NCBI GenBank assembly: GCA_000004695.1
Contig: CM000153.2
Location: 4,672,001 to 4,736,000, forward strand
DNA length: 64,000 nucleotides
Direction: 5' to 3'
From: Dictyostelium discoideum
Lineage: Eukaryota
This document shows positions 25,072-36,743 of this stretch, piece by piece. Under the pieces are notes generated by a model. That model was not told the origin of the DNA and made no database searches. It saw nothing but the letters and a program-made list of their open reading frames with translations. The translations under genes and the position numbers were made by a program. Each line of letters begins with the position of its first letter. Within the stretch, counting starts at the first letter, position 1.

Positions 25072-26683
25072 TTAATTTTCTCCAAGTGTATCATTAATAG
25101 GTATATCATTTGTAGTATCAATTGATGGTGGTGGTGGTGATAATTTTGACATTCTAATTTTGGATTGTCTTTTTTCACTACCACTACCACTACTACCACT
25201 AGTATTAGTTGTACTAGTTGTTTCTGAACCTAATTTAATGAAATCATTTAAACCACATTTTTTTAAAATCCATTTCAATTTTTCACTTTCTTTCCAAATT
25301 TGAATAACGATTGGATCTAAACCATAACCAATGAAAATACAAAAACCTAAAATACTTACTACTACAACATTTAATGCTTTCAATTCGTAACCTGGTGCAT
25401 GTAATTCACATTGTGATGGATCACCTTTACTAATACATTCTGCCCAAACTGCAATTGCATCAAAATAAGTATCCATTTTATCTTCCATATAAAATTTTAA
25501 TGATGATGCAAACGTTAAATTAAATAATAAAATTAAACTTGTTATAATTATTTTAATCTATACAAATTTAAAATTATTGTTAAGAAAATAATAAAAATAA
25601 TAATAATAATTAAAATTATAATTAAAATTTACATTAAAAAATAAAATTCTTCTATTTGGTGATTTCATATACATTTTTGAAACATTAATAACAGATAAAA
25701 TTGAAAATAAACAAAGTAAACCCATTGCACACCATGATGGTATATAAAATGATATATATTGCCAAGCTGATCCATCATCTGAATTTATCCAACAACTTGT
25801 TGCAACTGTTGCACTATATTTTCCTCCGAATGCTGGTAATGCTGTTAAAACAAATATTAATGACCAAATACCAATTCTATATAAACCAAATTTTCTAATT
25901 TTACCTAAATTTTTTACAAAAAAAAATATTAAATTAATTAATTTTATAATATTTTATATTATATTAATTTTTTTTAATTTTTTTTATTAATTATTTTAAA
26001 ATATATACATACTTAATCTTGAAGTTATATAAAAATCATATGCAATCATTGGAGCCCAAAATATTGAAGTAATCGCACCAAATTGGAAAATTAAACCAGT
26101 TAATAAACATAAATAGTCTGATTGCGATTTGAATCTACCTGGATCTGAACTACAATTAAAATTATCTTGTCTTGATTGAATGAATAACGATAATGCTGTA
26201 ATACAACCACCACACGCAAATGATAGAATAGATTCCATACGATGAGTTATTTTATTTGGTAAAACACCAAATGTTAAAATCATGAAAAAACAAGTTATAA
26301 ATGATATACTTGTTAATGTATAATTTGTTTTATCCAATATTTTAGTTTTACCTGGATAAATTTCAAATGGACAATCTAAAATACAACTATCAGTAATATA
26401 ATAATAAGTTGTTTTACCTGGTATAACATGATCTTTGGAATTTAATAATGGTGCAGGACAATTTATAACTGATGACGAATTATCATAAATTATATTATCA
26501 TTACACTCAACATTAAAATTGAAATCAAAATTACCACTCTCTTTAAATTCAAAATCAGTCGAATTTATTGGAAACATTGGTACACCATTTGAAAATTTTG
26601 AGCTACATGATAAATCTTTTAAAAAATTATCAATAAATATTTTACATGGTGTTTCTGCAATTACTATTATTTTTTATTATTAT

Positions 26684-26741
<58 letters not shown>

Positions 26742-27136
26742 TACTAATTATAATAATAATAGTTAATTTAATTTTACTTACAACATATTGAATTACATGG
26801 TAGTGATGGTAAATTAAATATAATATTTGTATTATTTGATAATGTTTCGTTATGTGTTTCACATTTTGGATATGATTTTAAACAAATTAAATTAATTGCA
26901 TTTGGTTTACATTCTGGTGTTGTAAATTCTAACATTCGAATAATATCTGAAACATTTTTATTTAATTGAGTGATTGAATCACCTGGTTGTAAATAAAAGT
27001 CTGTATAATTTAATTTTGAAAAACATGGTGAATTTGAATCAATTAATTCACAACTACCACCAAGTTTTAAATCTTGTGAATTTACAAATAAAAATAAAAT
27101 ATTTATAATACATATTAAAAAATTTAATTTTTTCAT
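25072..27136 (-). CDS. Frizzled/smoothened-like 7TM receptor (fsl family) with N-terminal Fz-type cysteine-rich domain, copy 1. Four exons: 27136..26782, 26663..26013, 25904..25633 and 25557..25072 (588 aa).
   Basis: Signal peptide [20 protein letters not shown] plus Cys-rich CRD (…[14 protein letters not shown]…[20 protein letters not shown]…LPCNSIC). The 7TM core follows across three further exons, each joined by GTAAGT/GTATGT/GTAAAT…TAG introns that keep the frame. The total is divisible by 3. Confidence 0.8.
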
Positions 27137-27814
27137 TTCTTCTTTTTTTAAAAGGAGATATATAATAAAAATAAAGTAAAAAAAGTAAAAAGTAAAAAGT
27201 AAAAAGAAAAAAAAAGTGTTTATGACCACAAATATATATAACTAAAAAAAATTTTTTGGCCGCTTGATAAATTAAGACTTTGTAATTTGATTATATTTTT
27301 TTTATTTTTTATTTTTTATTTTTTATTTTTATTTTTTTTTATTCAAAAAATCTGAATTTTTATGAAAAGAATGAAAATGGGGCTTCTATCGAGATTTTTT
27401 TTTTATTTTTTTTAATGGTATTTTATAAAAAAAAAAAAAATCAAATCGTATTTTATAAAAGTCTTTCGAATTTTATTTTTATTTTACATTTTTTTTTTTT
27501 ATCAAAAAATTAAATAATTACTTTGAAAATTAAAAAAAGAAATCTAAAATTTTTTTTTTTTTAACAATAAAACAAAAATTATGTAAAAAATTATTTCATT
27601 TTATTCTATGTGTTTTGCTTTACTAAAAAAAAAAAAAAAGAATAAAAAAAAAAAAAAAAAGTTTAAAAAAAAACAATAAACTTTACAACTAGGTTATTCA
27701 ATTTACTGTATATATTTAATAATATTAATTAATTTAAATGAAATATTATTTATTATTACATAAAAACTAAGATTAAATAGTTTTTTTTTTTTTTTTTAAA
27801 GTTTTTAATTTACA

Positions 27815-29830
27815 TTATGGTTGTTGATTTATTTCAGTAGACTTTAAATTTGACATTTTTACAGTTGTTTGTTTTCTTTCATTACCAGATGATGTTGAAG
27901 CAGTTTCGTTGTTATTATTATTGCTATTATTAATAGAATTATTTAATTTTATTATTTTATCCAATCTACATTTCTTTAAAACCCACTGGAATTTTTTACT
28001 TTCCATCCAAATATGAATAACAATTGGATCTAAACCATAACCAATGAAAACTGTAAAACCTAAAATACCAATAACAACTATATTCAATGCTTTTAAATCA
28101 TAACCTGGTGCATGTAATTCACATTGTGATGGATCACCTTTACCAATACATTCTACCCAAACTGCAATCGCATCAAAATAAGTATCCATTCTTTCTTCCA
28201 TGTAAAATTTTAATGATGATGCAAATGTTAAAACAAATAAAAATAATAAAAGTGTAATTAAAATTTTAATCTGTACAAAAATTAAAAATAAATATTAAAT
28301 ATTAATATGTTTGTCTGAAAAAAAAAAAAAAAAAAAAAAAAAAAATTAAATGAAATGATTTAATACTTTACATTAAAAAATAAAATTCTATTATTTGGTG
28401 TTTGAATATACATTTTTGAAACATTAATAACAGATAAAATTGAAAATAAACAAATTAAACCCATTGCACACCATGATGGTATATAAAATGAAACGTATTG
28501 CCAAGCTGATCCATCATCTGAATTTATCCAACAATTTGTTGCAACTGTTGCACTATATTTACCTCCGAATGCTGGTAATGCTGTTAGAACAAAAATGAAT
28601 GACCATAATACAATTCTATATAAACCAAATTTTCTAATTTTACCTGTTTTTTTTTAAAAAAAAAAAATTAAACATTAATTAATTTAGTTTTTTTTAAAAA
28701 AAAAATAATAAAAATAAAATATATATATAATTACCTAATGTTGAAGTTATATAAAAATCATATGCAATCATTGGTGACCAAAATATTGAAGTAATTGCAC
28801 CAAATTGGAAAATTAAACCAGTTAATAAACATAAATAGTCTGATTGCGATTTGAATCTACCTGGATCTGAACTACAATTAAAATTATCTTGTCTTGATTG
28901 AATGAATAACGATAATGCTGTAATACAACCACCACACGCAAATGATAGAATAGATTCCATACGATGAGTTATTTTATTTGGTAAAACACCAAATGTTAAA
29001 ATCATGAAAATACAAGTTATAAATGATATACTTGTTAATGTATAATTTGTTCTATCCAATATTTTAGTTTTACCTGGATAAATTTCAAATGGACAATCTA
29101 AAATACAACTATCAGTAATATAATAATAAGTTGTTTTACCTGGTATAACATGATCTTTGGAATTTAATAATGGTGCAGGACAATTTATAACTGATGACGA
29201 ATTATCATAAATTATATTATCATTACACTCAACATTAAAATTAAAATTACCACTCTCTTTAAATTCATAATCTGTGGAATTTATTGGAAACATTGGTGCT
29301 CCATTTGAAAAATTTGAATTACACGATAAATCTTTTATAAAATTATCAATAAATATTTTACATGGTGTTTCTGCTTTTACTATAATTATTTTTAAAAAAA
29401 AAAAAAAAAAAAAAAAATTAACATTTAAACAAAACATTAATTATAAAAAAATTATTTAATTTTACTTACAACATATTGAATTACATGGTAATGATGGTAA
29501 ATTAAATATAATATTTGTATTATTTGATAATGTCTCATTATAAGTTTCACATTTTGGATATGATTTTAAACACATTATATTAATTGCATTTGGTTTACAT
29601 TCTGGTGTTGTAAATTCTAACATTCGAATAATATCTGAAACATTTTTATTTAATTGAGTGATTGAATCACCTGGTTGTAAATAAAAGTTTGTATAATTTA
29701 ATTTTGAAAAACATGGTGAATTTGAATCAATTAATTCACAACTACCACCAAGTTTTAAATCTTGTGAATTTACAAATAAAATTATAAATAAATAATAAAT
29801 TATTAAAATATTTATTAAAAATGAATTTTT

Positions 29831-29833
<3 letters not shown>
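27815..29833 (-). CDS. Frizzled/smoothened-like 7TM receptor (fsl family), tandem paralogue copy 2. Four exons: 29833..29470, 29379..28735, 28643..28372 and 28270..27815 (579 aa).
   Basis: Same exon structure and intron positions as copy 1. CRD and TM exons are near-identical at DNA level; the cytoplasmic tail (exon 4) diverges. Confidence 0.8.
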
Positions 29834-29875
<42 letters not shown>

Positions 29876-29925
29876 TTTTTTTTAAAACAATGCAATGAAA
29901 AATTCTATTTTTAAATTGAATTGCA

Positions 29926-29965
<40 letters not shown>

Positions 29966-31128
29966 AAAAAATATTTAAAAAAAGTGTCTTCTTGTCTCGG
30001 AAAAAAGAAAAAAATTTGAAAAAAAAAAATTAATACCAATAAAGTGTGATTGTAAAATATCTGATATTTTAAAAAAAAAAAAATATCTTTTTTTTTTTTT
30101 TTTTTTTTTTTCCACCAAAAATCCGTTTCACTGGTAGTTTTTTTTATTATTATTATAATTTTATAATAATTTAAAAAAAAATAAAAAAAAAATAAAAAAT
30201 TTAAAACAACATGTTCGAATTTTTAAAAATAAAACATGTCCAAATATTTTCATTTTTTTTTTTATTTTTTTTTTTTTTTTTTTTTTTCAAAACAAATTCA
30301 TTTTTTTTAAAAATTTTAACATGATTAAAAATTAATTTAAATAATACAATATTTTTAAATACTAATAAAAAAAAAATTATTTGATTTTTTGATTTTTTTT
30401 TTTTATATTTAAAAAAAAGTCAGCCCAATCTGATTTAGTCATATAATAAAAAAAAAAAAAAAAAATGAAAAAAAATGGAATTAAAGTTAGAACCAGCACA
30501 CATAAAAAAGTCCGTCCTTTTTCGACAATTAAAATAAATGAATAAATAAATAAATAAATAAATAAATAAATTAATCACACACTTTTATTAAATAAAAGAG
30601 ATGCTATAGATAAGTGAAAATAGATAGTGTGGAGATAATAATTAAACAAATGATAGATCAATATTACTGATGTCTTGGTTGTTTAGTTCTGATTTAAATA
30701 AAATCAATTTTTGGAATTAAAAAAAAAAAAATAAAAATAAAGTTTAAATAATTTATAAATTTTTTATTGGTAATCGCATTAGGTGATTTTTTTTATTTTA
30801 AGAAAAAAAAAAGTTGGTTGAAAAAAAAAAAAAAAAAAAAAAGTAATAAATTAATTTAACTATTATAATTATTATTATTAGATTTTATATTGATTTGGGC
30901 CGTCATCTTCTTCAATACTTGGTCCATTTTCATTTTGTTCAGTAATTGAGGAAGTATCAATTAAACAAAAAGAAAAATGTGAATTAAAAAAAAAAAAAAA
31001 AAAAATTTTTTTTTAATTTTTTGTTGTTCACAAAAAAAAAAAAAAAAAAAAAAAACAGAAATGTATTGATTTTAATTAAAATACAAAGGGTTTATTATTT
31101 TTAGTTTTATTTTAAATTTTTTATATAA

Positions 31129-32067
31129 TCAAGGTATAATAAAAAATGAATTTCCTCCACCCGCTTTAACTAAACTTTTATCATTTCCTTTGATTGAAGG
31201 TAATAGTTGTGGAAATGATTTATTATCACCATCTTTACCAATTATAATTGGTTCACAAAGACCTAATTGATAATGTTCATTCCAACCAAATGAATATATA
31301 TTATTATTATTATTATTATTATTAATATCATTTGAATAAACTTGAATTAAGATATGCTCAGAACCAATTGAAAAGTTTTTAATTTTATTTCCATTAAAAG
31401 ATTCGCTATTTAATAGTTTAAATTGATTTGAATTACTATTATCAAGTGATAGATCTCTATTATCACCTAAAATACCATACTCACCACGACCACATATATA
31501 TAATTTATCTTGGTTCGTCAATAAACAACTATTACTCCAACCACATTGTATCTCTTTTATTTTAATATGATTTTGATGTAGAAGTTGGTAATATAAATGA
31601 TGAAATATCAATCACACAAGGATTTGATTGATCAATGAAATTACCATTACCTAATTGTCCGAATTTATTTTGACCAAATGATAATACATTTTTAAAATTA
31701 ATATCCAATAAAAGAGTATGCTGAAATCCACATGAAATTTGAATGATTTTAATTTCATTTTTAAAATTAATTAGTTTTGGTGAATCTTGAACCATTGGAT
31801 CAGCAATATCATTGATATTATTATTATTATTATTACTCTTTAAACTATTTCCATCAATTAAATTTGATAATTGACCAAATTTATTACAACCCCAACCGTA
31901 TACATCATTTTCACTTGATAAAGCAATTGAATGTCTCATTCCACATGATACACTAACTATTCTAATTTTATTATTAAATAAAATTTCAATTAACTTTGGT
32001 TCATTTAAATTCTTTCTTTCAACTTTCTTTTTCTTTAATACAATTCTTTTTTTAATAACTCCACCAC

Positions 32068-32110
<43 letters not shown>

Positions 32111-32288
32111 TTTATTATTTGATGTTGATAAAGTTGAATTTAAGGAACAAGTTGTATCTATACCCAATTGACCACGACTATTTGAACCCCATGAATAAAT
32201 ATTTCCATTATTATCACATGCTAAACTATGTGCCCATCCTCCTGAACAATTTTTTATTTTAATTGAGTTTATTTTAAAGTAATTTAAT

Positions 32289-32354
<66 letters not shown>

Positions 32355-32357
32355 CAT
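31129..32357 (-). CDS. RCC1-repeat (regulator of chromosome condensation-like β-propeller) protein. The reading frame is disrupted near 31590-31610 by a frameshift or an atypical short intron.
   Basis: Start MNNNNN(Q/N-rich)…ILNYFKINSIKIKNCSGGWAHSLACDNNGNIYSWGSNSRGQLGI. RCC1 signatures YGWGCNKFGQLSN, FGQNKFGQLGNGN, YICGRGEYGILGDN, YSFGWNEHYQLGL. ORFs 31562..32167 and 31129..31611 overlap by about 50 nt in different frames. Confidence 0.55.
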
Positions 32358-32483
32358 TTGAAAATAAATAAATTAATTAAATAAATAAATAAATAAATAT
32401 ATTATTTATTATTTTATTATTATTATTATTATTTTTTTTTTTACTATTACACAGAGTCTTGTATACAAATTATTTAAAATTTA

Positions 32484-32749
32484 TTATAAAGATTCATTTG
32501 GCTTTTCTTCAAATGCCGAGTTTTCGTCATTTGAAGTAATACCTTTTTTAGGTTGTAGTTTCTCTTGTTTCTTTTTTATTGATTGTAATAAGGCCTCTTC
32601 ACCTTGAATAATTGCATAATTAATTTCACAAATCTTATCATGATTATAATTCTTCCAACGTGTATGGAAAAATTTCTGATGGAATCGGTAAACATTCATA
32701 TGATCTTTGAAATTAATAAATGCATAACCACGACTTACTTTTGTCTATT

Positions 32750-32786
<37 letters not shown>

Positions 32787-33221
32787 ATTAATAAAATAGG
32801 ATTATAATTAAAAAATGTGTTAAGAAGAAAAACTTACATGAGGATCTAATGGCATATTTAAAAAATCATAAGTATCTTTAAACTCTTCATCAATAAGGGC
32901 AGTAAGATTTTGTTGAGTTAATCTATTTGGAATATTTCTAATCATTAAAGATGTTCTTGTATCAACTCCACTAATTATATTCTCTGGAATTAAAATACAA
33001 GTTGGATCTACAGGTTCTTTTGGTTCCTTTGGTTCTTTTAATTCTTTCTTTCCTTTGGAATTGGTTGAATTTCTTAATGTTCCATTGTTTTGATTCTTTT
33101 GTTGTGCCTTTTGCTGTTGAATCTCTGATTCCAATTCTTTTCTTCTTCTTTCAAGTTGTTCAAGTTCTTGTTCATTTTCAAGTATACTAACTTCATAAGC
33201 TGTTTGATTATATTGATGTTT

Positions 33222-33265
<44 letters not shown>

Positions 33266-33266
33266 G

Positions 33267-33308
<42 letters not shown>

Positions 33309-33390
33309 TATACTATTATTCATATTATTATTATTATTATTAATATTTGAACTATTATTGTTATTATTATTATTATTATTATTATTAGTA

Positions 33391-33467
<77 letters not shown>

Positions 33468-33747
33468 GTTATCATTATTATTATTATCTAATATAGAACT
33501 ATATTGTGATTCTGCAAATAAATTAAGAGATGAATTTGTTGGTGAATTATTGTTACTATAATTTAATAGATTTGGAGTATTACAACCACTGTTATTATTA
33601 CTATTATTATTACTATTATTATTACTATTATTATTACTATTATTCTTATTGCTATAAACATATGAAGAGTAAGAAAAACTATTTCTAAAATTATTATTAT
33701 TATTATCATTATTATTATTATTATTTATATTATCATTGTTATTATTA

Positions 33748-33829
<82 letters not shown>

Positions 33830-36242
33830 TTATATTATTTAATTGATTATAACTACGATTTAAAAATAAATTTGTAGTTTTAATTTTATTAACAGCATCA
33901 TTTGTTGAAGAAAAGAAAGAATCAGGACCAATTAAATCAATGAAACCAGCACGAATAAAATTTTTCTTATGAGAATCACGTAATTTAACAAAACAAACTT
34001 GAATCATTCTTTTTTTATATTGAGATACCATTTCGTATAGGATTTGAATTGAAGAAGCATCGATTACAGGTATATTACGCATATCGAAAACTATACCATA
34101 TAAAGAGGATCTTTGATTAATTGGTAAATTTAACATTTCTGAAGGATGAGCTAATGCACTACCAATATTTTCAATTCTAAATAGGATTTCTTTAACTTGA
34201 CCGATATTTGCAAAATAAAGGGATTCTTCAAATCTAATGACCAAAACACCATCAACTTGTTGAGCCTCTGGGAAAATAATGATATCTTTAAATTTCGAAG
34301 TTGGAGCATCACCAGGTAATTTACCCAACACAGTGAAATGTGGTGCAGAAGATTGTCTAATAACCAATAGAATCGAAGCACCAATACTAACGACTAAACC
34401 AACCTCGACACTGAAAATAAAGGTACAAACAAAGGTGGCAGAGAATAATAGTAAATCTTTCCAAGCCCTTAGCTTCCAAAGGAAAATAATATCATGAACT
34501 TCAAATAAACCCAATGCGGCCACGAAAATGATAGAGCTCATAATTACTCTTGGTAAATATTGGAAAATTGGCATTAAAAACAATAGGGTGAATAATACTA
34601 CAATAAAAGTGACAGCACCAGCCAATTGAGTTTTTGCACCAGCTTTATCATTTACAGCGGATCTTGTCATTGATGCATAGATTGGATATGCTAAAAATAT
34701 TGAACCAAATATATTACTTGCACCAATTGCCACCAATTCTCTATTTGTTGAAACTTGATAATTATGTTTGGTTGCGAAATTCTTACTAACCGCCATTGAC
34801 TCAACGAAACCCACAATACTAATGAACAAAGCTGGACCAATCAATTGATTGACCATATCCCATCTATTTAATTTTGGTAATGTTGGTATTGGGAAACTTG
34901 TAGAATAATAACCCAACACAGCAATGCCTTTCTCTTTTAAATGAAAGCCAGCTGAAACTGAAATCCCCACCACTACCACCACCAAAATTGAAGGTATAAA
35001 AAAGATTATATGATGTATTATTTTAGTTCTAACCTCTGGACAACATCTCTTTTTAATTTGACCCATAATTAATAATGCTATAATTGAAACGACACTAATG
35101 ATCAATGATAGCTCATTGACTAAATCGAATTTCTTAAATATTAAAGGTATTTTACGCCAACCACTATCCGCAACTGATATGCCTAACAATGTATCCATTT
35201 GATCGAATAGAATTGTAAAAGCCACTGCATTAATGAAACCTCTAATCAAGGGACGTGATAAAACCTCTGAAAGGAACCCAAATCTAAGTAAACCTAAAAT
35301 CAATGAAATCACACCAACCAAAAATGCCAATATATTTGCAGATGCTATCATTTCATCAGTTGTAAGTGGTACATCAGCAGACTCACTTATCTCTTTCAAT
35401 GTTGTACCAACGATTAAACTAACCAATGCTTCAGGACCAACTGATAATTGTCTTGATGTGCCCAACACTGCATACATCAATAATGGCATTAAACCAGTGT
35501 ATAAACCATAGATTGGTGGTAATCCAACCAATAATGCATATGCTAAACTTTGTGGTACCAACATAATTGATGTTGTAACTCCTGCCGTTAAATCATTAAT
35601 TGCATTGGCTCTATAATCATATTTAGGTAACCATCCTAAAATTGGTATATAATATTTAACTTTATTCTTTAATCTTTTAATCTTTTCTTCTTTATTTTCA
35701 ACTTTTTTACCATAATTTTCTTCAAAATTTAAATCTAAATCTAAATTATTATTATTATTATTATTATTACTATTATTATTATTATTATTATTACTATTAC
35801 TATTAGCACTAATTAAAGAAGGTGAAACTATTGGTGATAATGATGGTGAAGATGAACTATCACTTTCAATATTACTATTATTTTGTAAATTCTTTTTATT
35901 TAATTTTGTTAAGAAACTACTAAATGTAAGTGGTGTTTCTTCAATTAATGGTCCTGATTTCAATGTACTATTGATTGCATCCATTGATTGACTTAATGGC
36001 ATACCATTATTATCAAGTAATATTGCATTGTTATTATTATTATTATTATTTTGTCTATTTCTTAAATGACCAGAAGAACTAATTGATAATGGTACACCAT
36101 TATACCTTCCATCTATTTCTATATTCTCTTCTCTTTGTTGTTCTTGTTGTTCTTGTGGTTGATAAGGTTGTTGTTGATTTGAAAGTAATGGTGATGATTC
36201 ATTCTTATCATTAGATGAACTCCAAAATTTCCAATTTACCAT
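32484..36242 (-). CDS. SLC26/SulP-family anion (sulfate) transporter with a STAS domain, fused through a ~330-aa poly-Asn/Gln region to a C-terminal Mei2-type RNA-recognition motif (RRM_2). Two exons: 36242..32838 and 32744..32484.
   Basis: SulP core …YYIPILGWLPKYDYRANAINDLTAGVTTSIMLVPQSLAYALLVGLPPIYGLY… and STAS …VLVIRFEESLYFANI…. After the low-complexity spacer comes …TSLMIRNIPNRLTQQNLTALIDEEFKDTYDFLNMPLDPH. Donor GTAAGT, 93-nt intron, acceptor atag. The final exon TKVSRGYAFINFKDHMNVYRFHQKFFHTRWKNYNHDKICEINYAIIQGEEALLQS… matches the PF04059-like RRM_2 of Mei2 proteins. The single ORF stays open throughout, and the spacer lacks the poly(A)/poly(T) tracts found in every intergenic region here. 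Confidence 0.65.
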
Positions 36243-36290
36243 TTATTTATATATTAATTATTATAATTGAAAAAAATATTCCTATTATAT

Positions 36291-36369
<79 letters not shown>

Positions 36370-36372
36370 TTA
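36291..36372. repeat. (ATTT)n tetranucleotide microsatellite, about 20 units, in the intergenic/promoter region.
   Basis: Perfect tandem tttatttatttattt… run between the transporter gene start and the PARP4-like gene end. Confidence 0.9.
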
Positions 36373-36743
36373 TTATATATTAATGAATTATTACAAAAAA
36401 AAAGTATTATATTTTATGTTTTAAAAAATTAAGAGAAATGGTGCGTTATTTTTTTCTAATTTATAGTTTTATTTTAAAATTTTCAAAAAAATAAAAAGCA
36501 AATGAAAATATGTTGTTTTCATCAAAAAAAAAAAAAATATAAAAATAAAATAAAAAAAAATAAAAAAAATAAAATAAAAAAAATTAAAAAATTCACCCAG
36601 GAAAGAAAAAAAAAAACAAAAAAAATAAAATAAAAATTAAAAACAAGAAATCAATTTAAAAATTCACTGAAACGACGCTTGAATAAAAAGTATTATTTTT
36701 TAATTATTTTAATTTTAATTTTATTTTTAATTATTATTTTTAT

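Noticed and set aside
30880-30960. Possible short minus-strand terminal exon (…IDTSSITEQNENGPSIEEDDGPNQYKI*) downstream of the RCC1 gene.
   Set aside because: No upstream AG acceptor in frame and no ATG. It cannot be linked to the RCC1 ORF, which already has a stop at 31129.
33002-33561. Plus-strand poly-Leu/Ile ORFs inside the transporter gene.
   Set aside because: Antisense of the poly-Asn/Gln spacer. No independent coding signal.
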